Shown: positions 20,044-29,966 of the stretch, in pieces | Layout: the number at the start of each line of letters is the position of its first letter | How positions within the stretch are numbered: the first letter of the stretch is position 1 | IMG/VR virus record: IMGVR_UViG_3300021197_000975 | Span: 6,359-70,358 of that record | DNA length: 64,000 nt | Reading direction: 5' to 3' (one strand) | Source: a virus | The notes under the pieces: generated by a model | What the model was told of the DNA's origin: nothing | Seen by the model: the letters and a program-made list of their open reading frames with translations, nothing else | Databases searched by the model: none | Translations under genes and position numbers: made by a program

Positions 20044-22908
20044 ATGACTACAACTATTGAAAAAATATATGCTAGTGGCTCCGGTTATAATATCGCAAGC
20101 TTAAGTTGGACACCTGATATTACTACAATTGATTCTATGGGTGCATATCAGATTGTAATTTATGTCAAGAAGAGTGCTTCAGAATCAAGTGCAGAGTGGA
20201 CTCAGCTAGAAAGATCTTCATGGATCTCTACTTATGATTCTACATCTAAAACAGTAGACTTAAGTAACGCCACATACGTATCGGGTTCTAGTTCTGTTCC
20301 TGCTGCTATTACTAATACAGCAGATTCAGTTCGTTTCTTGAGGGTAACTTCATTAACTCCATTTAAATCCTTTACTGCCGGGGCCAAGCTTTCGGCATCA
20401 GATTTAACTACGGTTCATGATCAGTTATTCCATGCCGTGCAAGAAGAGGATGCCAATACTTCAGTTGATATCGCAGCTGAACGGACGTACTTGACAACTA
20501 ACTATTATACAAAGACAGAAGTAGATACATTCTTCAGTAACTTAAATCTCTTTCCTGATTGGACAGTTGGTGCTTCTTATTTAGTAGGTGATGTTGTCTT
20601 ATATAGTGGGAAGATTTGGTATGCAACGATAGATCATACAGCCGTTACAGGAGATCCTCCTGAGGTTGGAGATTCTAAGTGGACCACAGTTGCACCTGAT
20701 GCAACGGTAGAAAACATTACATATATTAGAAAGTTTCCCGGTATAAAAAGTACTCCACCTCTTTGGAATACTATTGTTCCTCAGCAGGCTACCGCAAAAG
20801 GTTTAGTACTTCAATACAATCCTGACCTTACAGCTACAGCAGATCTTTTTCAGATCCAAGACTCTAGTCAAAATGTAAAAGTTAGATATAGTACTACTAA
20901 TAAAATGATCTTCGATACTCAAGTAGATTTTAATACTACCCCTGAGTTTAATGATGATGTTAAAATGTTTCAGAGCACAACAGGTAAATCTTTATTTGTT
21001 GGCGTGGCTCCTACATCTGCTAGTCAGCCCAATGTGTTGGTGGGTACGTACCCCCGTGTTGTTATCAGCAGATCCGATGGTGACAATGCTTATCTTGAAT
21101 GCCGTAAGGATGATGGGACTACTCACTTCCTTGTAGGACAGTCAGGGCTTGTAACCACCTTCTCTGGTTTCTATTCTAAGGATGATGCAAGATTCTTTGA
21201 AAACATATGGGGTGGAACAGCAGTGTATACATCACTGCCTACCTTAACAGACAGTGGCGTAAGATCCGTTGGACTAACAGCAGGTGATAAGCATCTGTAT
21301 GGTGATTTAAATATTCGTTTAGGTCACTGGTCTGGTAGTGCGTTTACCGAGAAGCTGACTATAGATGGATCTACAGGATCTATTGGAACTGAAAGCACTA
21401 TCAATGCAGCTGGCACTATTACGAGCGATTCTATGGTGCAGGCAGATAAGGTTAGGCTTACACAGGCTGGAATGCAGAGTGCATCTTATCTTGGAACAAA
21501 TTCCTCAGGAGATATTATAACTAAGACAGGCCCTGCTTACTCTAATAGTGTTAATTATGATGTTACTAACAATGATGGCAACGCTTTAGCGAATGCAGAT
21601 CCTGTATACTTGGGCCGAAGTGAAACAGATGTAGTTAACTGGGCTTTGGCACAATCAAATGATGTAGATAAAGCATCGGTTGGTGTTATATCTAGCGTAG
21701 TATCTTACACGGAAAGCGTAGATGCTACAGGTAGAATTGATGCAGTCAGCCCAACAGCTTCTGCCTATCTAACTAAGACTTGCCAGATCTGTGATGGATC
21801 TGATGGCTCTAAGAAGTGTGTTACGTTTACTGCTGCTGGTTCAGCTGGTGGTAGCGGCACGGCTTGGAACTGGAACCTTGGTTCTATCACAGGCAACGCT
21901 ACTTATGTGGATGCTTTAGATCTAGACGGTACAGCTAGTAGTAGTACAGCTAGAATAACAATTACAGTTCCTACTGCCGCTGGTGGTGCAGGGAGTGCTA
22001 TTATTATTCAACTTTGTAATGACACTACTGGCAATACGTCAGCTGGTTCTGGAGTTATCGGTGTCGGTACATCAGGTGCTAGTGATGGCACAGTAGCTGA
22101 AGCTGTAGTTGATGCCTTCAATGGCGTAGACTCACATGGAAGAGTGAACTTCGGTAGTGGAACTAGCGCAAGTGGTATTGCAGGTCTTACAGCTACCTTG
22201 AGTGGCTCTGAAAAAGTAACATTAACTGCTTCCAATACGGGAACTGATGGTAATAGTATTACTGTTGCAGATGTTGCTGGTGCTATTGTCGGTGATGGAT
22301 CAGGAAGCCAGACTGTCACCTTGGCAGGAGGCTATGTACCTGAAGCCAAGATCGCGGAAAGAATTAAAGATGGTATTCAGGCTGCTGTTACCGCTGGTGA
22401 TCTCCGTGTGTCTGTTGCTTGGTCAAGTGGCAATGAGTTTGTAACTTTAGCTAACACAAGGGCAGATGGAACTACTACTAGATCTATAGGAGATACTGGA
22501 AATGTCGATATGGTCTTAACAGGATCTGATTCTGCTATCTTCACAACCACTGGAATGTCTGGTGGTGCAGATAAATGCGGAGATAATGATGGAACAGGAG
22601 GAACCTTCCCTTGTCAGGACTTTACTGTTACCTTCCAAGGTGCTGTATCTGGCTTTACAGGAAAGGTATGTAATTGTGCCAATGAGCATGGCACTTGTGG
22701 AGAAACTGGAACAGAAGCTGAATGTGATGAAGCGGGTGAGTTTACTTCTAACTTAAAGCCGGGTGATTGGTATTATGTTTCTGAAATTGGTAAGCTAAGG
22801 AACTGGAAGTGGCATACACTTGCATCCAGTAAAATAAATGATCCTATTGGATTAGCACTTACCAGTGATATCTTAATGGTTATGCCTTATAGAGCAAATA
22901 AAACTTAG
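20044..22908 (+). CDS. Tail fiber protein with a gp17-type anchor and a CBM5/12-like carbohydrate-binding module
   Basis: FLRVT....FTAGAKLSASDL...DQLFHAVQE; WTVGASYLVGDVVLYSGKIWYA...PP...KW. Confidence 0.8.
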   Translation: MTTTIEKIYASGSGYNIASLSWTPDITTIDSMGAYQIVIYVKKSASESSAEWTQLERSSWISTYDSTSKTVDLSNATYVSGSSSVPAAITNTADSVRFLRVTSLTPFKSFTAGAKLSASDLTTVHDQLFHAVQEEDANTSVDIAAERTYLTTNYYTKTEVDTFFSNLNLFPDWTVGASYLVGDVVLYSGKIWYATIDHTAVTGDPPEVGDSKWTTVAPDATVENITYIRKFPGIKSTPPLWNTIVPQQATAKGLVLQYNPDLTATADLFQIQDSSQNVKVRYSTTNKMIFDTQVDFNTTPEFNDDVKMFQSTTGKSLFVGVAPTSASQPNVLVGTYPRVVISRSDGDNAYLECRKDDGTTHFLVGQSGLVTTFSGFYSKDDARFFENIWGGTAVYTSLPTLTDSGVRSVGLTAGDKHLYGDLNIRLGHWSGSAFTEKLTIDGSTGSIGTESTINAAGTITSDSMVQADKVRLTQAGMQSASYLGTNSSGDIITKTGPAYSNSVNYDVTNNDGNALANADPVYLGRSETDVVNWALAQSNDVDKASVGVISSVVSYTESVDATGRIDAVSPTASAYLTKTCQICDGSDGSKKCVTFTAAGSAGGSGTAWNWNLGSITGNATYVDALDLDGTASSSTARITITVPTAAGGAGSAIIIQLCNDTTGNTSAGSGVIGVGTSGASDGTVAEAVVDAFNGVDSHGRVNFGSGTSASGIAGLTATLSGSEKVTLTASNTGTDGNSITVADVAGAIVGDGSGSQTVTLAGGYVPEAKIAERIKDGIQAAVTAGDLRVSVAWSSGNEFVTLANTRADGTTTRSIGDTGNVDMVLTGSDSAIFTTTGMSGGADKCGDNDGTGGTFPCQDFTVTFQGAVSGFTGKVCNCANEHGTCGETGTEAECDEAGEFTSNLKPGDWYYVSEIGKLRNWKWHTLASSKINDPIGLALTSDILMVMPYRANKT

Positions 22909-22917
22909 GAGAACTAA

Positions 22918-24123
22918 ATGGCTTACGGAAATAATAATGCAATAATCGAACCTTTGCCAAATCAAGGCACAGCATGCAACCAGTGCGGTCCTCTTGTATT
23001 GAACCCCAAAGGTATAGAACGTGGAGAAACTGGTACATCTTCTGTGTTTGTTGGTTTATTTAAAAATGATCCTGCAACAGACCAGATGTCAGGTGTAAAC
23101 CCTAGTGCTTTATTTACAACTGGTGTTGGTAGACCAGAGTTTACTTTAACTATTCAGAATATGACAGATGATGATGATAGTTCCTATATTAAATCTCTTA
23201 TGTCACCTACTTATACACAGTCAGAGTTGTTTAAGAACTCAGCTGGTACTATTTCTTTGCAGAATAGTGGGTCAATATTAACAGGGCTGACTGCCAATGG
23301 TAATGTAACAGCTACTGGTACTCTCAATCTTTCTTCTTCATCCGCAACTCATACAATTACAAAACATCTTTCGGTAGGTGAAAACTTAACCGTAGGTGGT
23401 GACCTTACGGTAGATGGTGGAATGACTATCTTTCAAGATAAAACGGTAAAGAATAATTTAACGGTTGAAGGAAATACCACCCTTAGTACCAATAGTAGCG
23501 CGATTACTGAGATATATGGCAACACAACCTTTAAAGATGAAAACTTAGTTAAGTTTGATAATGGTCTTTCAATTGTTGGAGGCACGCTTGAGATGAACGC
23601 ACGCACTTTAAACAGTGCAGGAACTATTACCACAACCGGAACGGTAGCAGCAGGCGTGGGAGACTTTACAAATGCTCTCGTTGACACTCCTCCCTCCGTT
23701 GACAAGAGTGTTGTAAGAAGAGTAGATATTAATATAGGTACTTCTATAAGTAGCACATTCAACCAACCTAAGGTAGTTGTAGCAGGTGGTTATATTACAG
23801 GTATAACCGAAGGGACTAATGAAAACGCTACTTCACATGGCGGCTATCATGCAACCTCCACGCTTACCACAGACGCTCCTGCCACTGGATCATCCGCCGC
23901 AGGTGCTATCAGTGCAGAAATGGTAAAGGGTGTTAGAAGAGATGCTCCTGTTCTTAAGGGGCCTATCAAGATTACTGATAGCTCTAGTAACTACACTCAC
24001 GCTGATGCTACACATGGCGATGGTACATATACTGGAGATTTATTTAAAATTATTGGATCAACAGAAGAGCCTGATGTAGATGGCCCGGCATACCAAGTTA
24101 TATTTAGAAAGGCAACTACGTGA
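22918..24123 (+). CDS. Putative fiber/spike subunit with short beta-strand repeats
   Basis: LSVGENLTVGGDLTVDGG...VKNNLTVEGNTTL repeats; T/G/S-rich; lies in the tail cluster. Confidence 0.55.
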   Translation: MAYGNNNAIIEPLPNQGTACNQCGPLVLNPKGIERGETGTSSVFVGLFKNDPATDQMSGVNPSALFTTGVGRPEFTLTIQNMTDDDDSSYIKSLMSPTYTQSELFKNSAGTISLQNSGSILTGLTANGNVTATGTLNLSSSSATHTITKHLSVGENLTVGGDLTVDGGMTIFQDKTVKNNLTVEGNTTLSTNSSAITEIYGNTTFKDENLVKFDNGLSIVGGTLEMNARTLNSAGTITTTGTVAAGVGDFTNALVDTPPSVDKSVVRRVDINIGTSISSTFNQPKVVVAGGYITGITEGTNENATSHGGYHATSTLTTDAPATGSSAAGAISAEMVKGVRRDAPVLKGPIKITDSSSNYTHADATHGDGTYTGDLFKIIGSTEEPDVDGPAYQVIFRKATT

Positions 24124-26585
24124 CAGATCCTAATCAGCAGAACAGACTATGGTTTAGAGACACTAATGGTAAAATCTATGATGACACTACTGGAGAATAT
24201 AAAGATGACACAGTAATGGATAAGATTTTTATACGTGACCCTGCTGATGACTACTATCATGAAGGTTTAGAGAAGACTGTTACTCCTGCCACAGAAATAA
24301 CAAAGGTATGGATACGTGATGAAACAGGAGCTCTTCAAATAATGTACCCCACTACAATAGATCCCCAGAATACACTAATTCAAACTATAGTATGGGACCA
24401 TTTTTGCCAGCTTGAACAGGGAGATCTAGATTTTGGAATATCAATCCATCCCTCCTTTGTTTCTTCATGGAATTATCTTCCTATTGAAAGCATCGGCTCT
24501 CCTGTTGGTAGTGATGAAGATAAAGTAGGAACTTCTATCTATCATTTCAGAAGTGGTGGAGTAAGGAACCCTGATTATGGGAATTATATATGGAATACAA
24601 CAGCCACAAGTACCCCTCCTTTGCTAAGTAGGGAATGGGGGTATGTTGGTAGTGTTGTTAGGCGGATACCTAAGATAAATACTACAGCTTCTTGTCCAGT
24701 TGAGTGGGTTAGTTTGATGTATACTCGTCCAGCTCTTAGGAAATTCTACCAAGGGTGGAATGTAAACTCAGATACTTGGGCATGGACAAGAGAAGCCGGA
24801 AGTCATACGCTTGAAGAGTATCCAGTAGAGGATAACGTACCTTATCTTACAAATGTACCGGGGTTAGCTGTTGATTTAGAATATTATGAATACATTCCAC
24901 AAGGAATTAAAGGAACAAGTGTTAGTAATCAATTCAGCTTAACAGGAAACCCTGTGGCTACCACTAAACCATGTGACTGTGGTGTGACAAGTAATTTAAA
25001 TGCATTCGGTTGGCCTACGTCTAGTGAAAACACTCCTGATCTATCTACGTTTGGTGAGCTTCCGAGAAATACATCAAGCCCCGAAGAGTTTACATACCAA
25101 GATCTTGATACATCCCTCCCTTACATGCGTATTGATCAACGCAATGGCTCAGTTAACCCCCCAGATGCTAAGACAGGTCGTTGGGTTGTGATAGATCCAG
25201 CAAAAGAACCTTACGCTTCCCAGTGGCCCAACGCTACACACACTACTAGTACCCCCTGTAGTGGGTCTACTCATCAAAACTTGTGTAATCTATCTACAGC
25301 AAATACTGAAAAAGAGTATATTGTTGCGTTTGTCGCTAACTGGCAATCGGATGGTTCTACAAGATATGAATTTGATTATACTGTAGATAATATGGGTGCT
25401 GACTTCTACAGCACGACGGCAAGTGTTTCCCCTCGGTGGGATTCTTGGGACGGGGATGGGTATGTCTTTTTATTTATGCGTTTTACTTCTAGTACTTTCA
25501 ATCACACTGATACTGATCACGGATATCCGAGACCCCCCGTAATGAGGGAGTTTTGGATACAGCCTAAAGCGTGGAAGTATGTCAATGGAACTGGTACAGC
25601 TTGGTCAAGTAATTATATTGGTATTGTATTGGAATCTTTACCTTCAATGTACACTGTCCCATGTAGTATGGATAGTAATACTAGTGACATTTTGAATATT
25701 CACCACGCTATGCAGACATTACCTAAGTATTATTACTGGAACATGCCAATACCTAAGTGTACTGGAGAGACCTATAGTAGTGATAAGACTACCGTATCAG
25801 GATCTTCAGGGGATCATGAACATTTTTATGGAACATACCCTGCATATGTGGATTGGACAGACAGTACAGGGCGGGTTGATCTCATGGGGTGCGGTAATTC
25901 ATCCTTTGGTGGTTTTGATCCTGCTCCAAGTACGTGGGGATCTAACAATTGTAGCGATGAATCGTGCATTAACCATGTTTATAGTATAGATTTGCTCAAG
26001 TTTAATAAACATTTTGGATCTATGTCTGGTTTCCCTTATGGTATTGGACATGGGTACGGTAGAAAATACCTTAGTCCTCAGCCAGCTTGTGCATGCACCG
26101 CTAACAATAGTGGTTCTATATCTGGTTTCTCAGATTATCCTGAACTCAACTGCCCCTGCCCAGAAGCATATGAAGTTGGTGGATCTACCGGATATGAGTG
26201 CGGTGAAATATCAGCACAGCCAACAGGCGGTTACATGTTAGATAAAACAAATACAAATACTGTAGGTGACTGGACCGTAACAGATTGGTCTACGCTTGGC
26301 TGGAAGAAAGCTTGGTGTGGAGATCCTGATGATATATCATACCCCGGAGGTGGCGTGTGTGGTTGTTCTAGGGACAGAATAAGTGAATGTAATAGACCTG
26401 ATCTTATAGATAATATGCCGGGATGCAACTCCCCAACTTGTTGGGATTGTTTATCTTTTATGAGTGGCTTTGGTAATGAGCAACTGGCATATTGTAATGA
26501 ATTAGGTTGGGATCAGGGGTGTATAGATGCTTTGCTATTATATTGTAGCTATAACCCAATAACAAATACGTGTACTAATCCGTAA
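24120..26585 (+). CDS. Hypothetical virion-surface protein, W/Y/C-rich
   Basis: 821-aa ORF coupled by GTGA overlap; repeated (W/F)IRD strands at the N-terminus and a Cys-rich C-terminus. Confidence 0.55.
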   Translation: MTDPNQQNRLWFRDTNGKIYDDTTGEYKDDTVMDKIFIRDPADDYYHEGLEKTVTPATEITKVWIRDETGALQIMYPTTIDPQNTLIQTIVWDHFCQLEQGDLDFGISIHPSFVSSWNYLPIESIGSPVGSDEDKVGTSIYHFRSGGVRNPDYGNYIWNTTATSTPPLLSREWGYVGSVVRRIPKINTTASCPVEWVSLMYTRPALRKFYQGWNVNSDTWAWTREAGSHTLEEYPVEDNVPYLTNVPGLAVDLEYYEYIPQGIKGTSVSNQFSLTGNPVATTKPCDCGVTSNLNAFGWPTSSENTPDLSTFGELPRNTSSPEEFTYQDLDTSLPYMRIDQRNGSVNPPDAKTGRWVVIDPAKEPYASQWPNATHTTSTPCSGSTHQNLCNLSTANTEKEYIVAFVANWQSDGSTRYEFDYTVDNMGADFYSTTASVSPRWDSWDGDGYVFLFMRFTSSTFNHTDTDHGYPRPPVMREFWIQPKAWKYVNGTGTAWSSNYIGIVLESLPSMYTVPCSMDSNTSDILNIHHAMQTLPKYYYWNMPIPKCTGETYSSDKTTVSGSSGDHEHFYGTYPAYVDWTDSTGRVDLMGCGNSSFGGFDPAPSTWGSNNCSDESCINHVYSIDLLKFNKHFGSMSGFPYGIGHGYGRKYLSPQPACACTANNSGSISGFSDYPELNCPCPEAYEVGGSTGYECGEISAQPTGGYMLDKTNTNTVGDWTVTDWSTLGWKKAWCGDPDDISYPGGGVCGCSRDRISECNRPDLIDNMPGCNSPTCWDCLSFMSGFGNEQLAYCNELGWDQGCIDALLLYCSYNPITNTCTNP

Positions 26586-26596
26586 TAGGGGGGGTT

Positions 26597-26869
26597 ATGT
26601 CTGATAAATCAAAAGAAGCTGCATCTGTATTACAGTTATTGCAGATTATTGTATTAGCAATTGGTTTGGGAGGTATCTTTTTAAGAGCAGGCCAAGCTGA
26701 AACTAGAATAAATCACAATATTAGTGAGCTTACAGAGCTTAAAGTTATTGTCCAAGACCTGACTAAGACTCAGATCCAACTAGCTACTTCAGATGCTAGA
26801 CATACGACAATGCTAGAAAGCTTAAAGAATAGGATGGACAAACTTGAGACACTTACTAGGAACAATTAG
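26597..26869 (+). CDS. Membrane-anchored coiled-coil protein (holin- or spanin-like)
   Basis: One N-terminal hydrophobic helix followed by heptad repeats; lysis-cassette position. Confidence 0.5.
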   Translation: MSDKSKEAASVLQLLQIIVLAIGLGGIFLRAGQAETRINHNISELTELKVIVQDLTKTQIQLATSDARHTTMLESLKNRMDKLETLTRNN

Positions 26870-27251
26870 TTTGTTTGTTATGTTTGCAGTAGGGGGCTGT
26901 TTTACAAGCCCTCCTAAGGTGGTGTCTACTTCACCAATACCAATAGACTTGCCCACATCTCTAGAACAGGTACACGGTTTAGAAAATCTGTCTCTATTAA
27001 GTGCGATTGGGGGATTGTGTCTCGTTGCAGGCATGGCTTTATTAGTTATTTCAAAAGGAACTATGGGATGGAGACCCGTCATAGGCGGTATCATTCTAAT
27101 AACAGTTAACTATCTTATTGCCCTATATGCCGATTGGTTATTTATTCCCGTCCTGATTGTAACAGGAGCTATAAGTTTAGCATGGGGATGGAAGACTGTC
27201 AAAGGTATTATCAAGGGAAAGAAAGATGGTTTATTTACAAGGAGAAAATAA
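26844..27251 (+). CDS. Putative lipoprotein with C-terminal transmembrane helices (lysis-related?)
   Basis: Signal peptide ending in AVGGC (lipobox-like), then about three hydrophobic segments and a basic tail. Confidence 0.5.
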   Translation: MRHLLGTISLFVMFAVGGCFTSPPKVVSTSPIPIDLPTSLEQVHGLENLSLLSAIGGLCLVAGMALLVISKGTMGWRPVIGGIILITVNYLIALYADWLFIPVLIVTGAISLAWGWKTVKGIIKGKKDGLFTRRK

Positions 27252-27362
27252 ATGGATGCGTTTTTAGGTTCGATCTGGTTTAGTATTATGGTTGGTTTAG
27301 TTGGATATATTATCGGCAGCGTTATGCCTGTCTCCAAGATTAAGGAGAAGTTAGGTGGCTAA
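27252..27362 (+). CDS. 36-aa single-pass membrane peptide
   Basis: Manual translation MDAFLGSIWFSIMVGLVGYIIGSVMPVSKIKEKLGG; AAGGAG RBS. Confidence 0.55.
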   Translation: MDAFLGSIWFSIMVGLVGYIIGSVMPVSKIKEKLGG

Positions 27363-27579
27363 GACCAAGGTAGATCAGTTGAATGAAATGCTTCTCGACG
27401 CTTTGATTACGGATCTTCAGGATCCTGATAGAAGAGGGCCGGGACTTTACACCGTTGTTCGCGGTGTTGTAAATGATAATAGGGAAATGATTGATCAGAT
27501 CCCTCAAGAAACAATTGAAAGGGTGACTGAAGCTATGGCTGAAGCAGTCCCTTTTAAGTTTAAGGAAGCAACTTTATAA
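27355..27579 (+). CDS. Terminase small subunit (T7 gp18-like)
   Basis: 74-aa helical ORF directly upstream of and coupled to the large subunit; LNEMLLDALITDL and C-terminal VPF. Confidence 0.7.
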   Translation: MAKTKVDQLNEMLLDALITDLQDPDRRGPGLYTVVRGVVNDNREMIDQIPQETIERVTEAMAEAVPFKFKEATL

Positions 27580-29240
27580 TGGAAATACCCCAAGAAGTAT
27601 TGCAAGATTTTCGTAATCATGTTTTCTTTGCTATGAAATACCTTGGATTGGGTGAACCAACTCCTATGCAGTATGAGATAGCAAGGCAATTACAAGAAGG
27701 ACCCACTGATTTTATCATGGCAGCTGGCCGGGGTACAGGAAAATCTACACTTACTGCAATATTTGCTTCTTGGTTTTTGTTATGTAATCCTGACAAGACA
27801 GTCATGGTCCTCTCAGCTACTCAGCAGAAGGCTATTGAGTTTGTCTCTCAGACTAGGAAGATCCTGACAGTTGTTCCGTACTGTAAAGAGATGGCTCCGG
27901 GCGATCATACTAAGGATTCAGCCCTTGGATTCAACATTGAAACACGGACTACATTTACTCAGGATATGTCCTGCACCGCACGAGGCTCTACGAGCCAGCT
28001 GACGGGCCTCCACGCCGATCTTTGTATCTGTGATGACGTTGAGATCTCCACAAATACACAGACGGCAGAGGCCCGTGAGAGCCTCCTGCACAAGCTCACA
28101 GAACTAGAGTCTATTCGTAACAAAGGCTCACGAGTTCTGTTCTTAGGAACCCCTCATTCCAGTGAGTCAATCTATACTGTACTGAGAGAGGCGTACCCTA
28201 TTGTAAAATACCCCGCTCTGATGCCAGACCCTACTATTCAGGGGCAAGCTCAAGATGTAGCTGATTGGATATGGGATCTTGGGCTACAGCCCGGTGATTC
28301 TACCCAACCAGAGCGGTTTGATGAAGAGATGTTGATGGACCGTAAGGCTAAGATTGGTCCCTCGGCCTTTGCTCTTCAATATATGCTGGATACTTCATTG
28401 GCTGACGCTGATAAGTATCCTTTAAAACTATCAGATCTCGTTGTCTTTGATGTAGATCTGGAAGAAGCTCCTGAAAAGGTTGTATGGCAGGGGCAGAATA
28501 GTAATAAGAAGCTCCCTAGTTGGGGACTAAGTGGTGATATGATCATGGAACCCATGTATGTTGCTACTGATTACCTCCCCTACACCCATAGGCACATGGT
28601 TGTAGACCCATCAGGCAGGGGTAAAGATGAAACTGCTGTCTGTGTTGCCTCCACGCTAGGAGGAATGATATATATCCATGAGCTTACGGGTTGGGAGGGA
28701 GGATACAATGATGCTGTCCTTAAGAAGATAGCAAAGTTGGCTAACGAATACAGTTTAAAACTAGTAAGAGTTGAATCTAACTTTGGTGATGGCTTGTTTG
28801 CAAAAGTTCTTGCCCCCATTTTATTAGATTACTGTGGCCCAATAGCTATTGAAGAGTTTAGGGTAGCTGGTTTTAAGGAAAAAAGAATGATAGAAACTTT
28901 AGAACCTGTCATGTCTCAGCATCGACTTTGCTGGGACAGAAGGGTAGCTAAGGATGAAAAGAATCAAATTCAATTAACTCGCCTTTGTGAAATTAGGGGT
29001 GCATTGAAACATGATGACCGGGTTGATGCGTTATCATCTGCGGTTGATTACTACAAAGATCATATGTCTTTGGATACTGACAAGGTTGTTGGAATTAATA
29101 AACAAAAATCTTGGGAAAAAATGGTAGACAAGTGGGCTAATGATTTCAGGGCAGGAGATTACGTACCACATAGTGGGGCGATTAGAGAAACTTCTCGCAC
29201 AAATAAACCAAAACGTATAGGAGGACAGTGGGGATGGTAA
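27579..29240 (+). CDS. Terminase large subunit (T7 gp19-like)
   Basis: Walker A AGRGTGKST, Walker B ICDDVE, FLGTP, nuclease motifs VDPSGRGKDET, ESNFGDG and HDDRVDAL. Confidence 0.96.
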   Translation: MEIPQEVLQDFRNHVFFAMKYLGLGEPTPMQYEIARQLQEGPTDFIMAAGRGTGKSTLTAIFASWFLLCNPDKTVMVLSATQQKAIEFVSQTRKILTVVPYCKEMAPGDHTKDSALGFNIETRTTFTQDMSCTARGSTSQLTGLHADLCICDDVEISTNTQTAEARESLLHKLTELESIRNKGSRVLFLGTPHSSESIYTVLREAYPIVKYPALMPDPTIQGQAQDVADWIWDLGLQPGDSTQPERFDEEMLMDRKAKIGPSAFALQYMLDTSLADADKYPLKLSDLVVFDVDLEEAPEKVVWQGQNSNKKLPSWGLSGDMIMEPMYVATDYLPYTHRHMVVDPSGRGKDETAVCVASTLGGMIYIHELTGWEGGYNDAVLKKIAKLANEYSLKLVRVESNFGDGLFAKVLAPILLDYCGPIAIEEFRVAGFKEKRMIETLEPVMSQHRLCWDRRVAKDEKNQIQLTRLCEIRGALKHDDRVDALSSAVDYYKDHMSLDTDKVVGINKQKSWEKMVDKWANDFRAGDYVPHSGAIRETSRTNKPKRIGGQWGW

Positions 29241-29962
29241 TAGATTTTAAGGAAATAGTAGGATGTATACTACTTGTAGGCCTTAGTGTAATTATTGGAG
29301 AGCTTATCCCTACTGATGATACAGTTTTATATGGGTTCTTTCCTATTGCCATGGGAGCAATGATGGGAATAAGTGCTTTAGCTCAAGGAATTGGCGGTAG
29401 TGCCAAGGCTGCCGCAGCTAATCAACAAGCCCAACAGCAACATACTGAACAACTCATTAATAAATCCTATGCGAATGGACGGGAGATTTTTCAAGCTGTT
29501 CATAGTGAAATGCAACAGGCAAAAAGAAATAGGGAAATTGCTGAATCAGCTCACCTTTTTAAAGCAGAATCAATGGCAGATCTTGGAAGACAGAATGCTT
29601 ATCTGCAAAATGAACTAAGTAGTACATTAGGTAATAATCAAGCCGTTCTCTCCTCCTCACTAGCTGCACAGAATTCAGTTGGTGGTACTGCAAAGGTCGT
29701 ACAAAAATCTTTATTATTAAAAGGGCTCAGTGGCGTAATGAATTTAGAAGAAAATGAACGCAAGGCTGCTAAGAATATTGACCGGCAGTTTAGTAATATG
29801 ATGTCACAAAGAACTCAAGATGTATACATCCCGAATATTAACGGGGTTGGTCCTCCTCCTGTTCAGCAAGATACAACAATGCCCCTTATTAGCGGTGTCA
29901 TTGGTGGTGTTGCATCAGGAATGGGTGGCTTTGCGAGCGGCACATCAGCCGGGTTAGGATAA
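29234..29962 (+). CDS. Internal virion protein (T7 gp14-like)
   Basis: Gly/Ala-rich hydrophobic N- and C-termini with a Q-rich helical middle. Start uncertain. Confidence 0.65.
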   Translation: MVIDFKEIVGCILLVGLSVIIGELIPTDDTVLYGFFPIAMGAMMGISALAQGIGGSAKAAAANQQAQQQHTEQLINKSYANGREIFQAVHSEMQQAKRNREIAESAHLFKAESMADLGRQNAYLQNELSSTLGNNQAVLSSSLAAQNSVGGTAKVVQKSLLLKGLSGVMNLEENERKAAKNIDRQFSNMMSQRTQDVYIPNINGVGPPPVQQDTTMPLISGVIGGVASGMGGFASGTSAGLG

Positions 29963-29966
29963 ATAA

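Noticed and set aside
15395-26585. Diversity-generating retroelement acting on the fibers
   Set aside because: No reverse transcriptase and no adenine-specific template/variable repeat pair. The shared modules differ at all base types.
368-29240. Inteins, introns or homing endonucleases in RNR or terminase
   Set aside because: Both are normal length with contiguous motifs; no intein ends or HNH/LAGLIDADG motifs seen.
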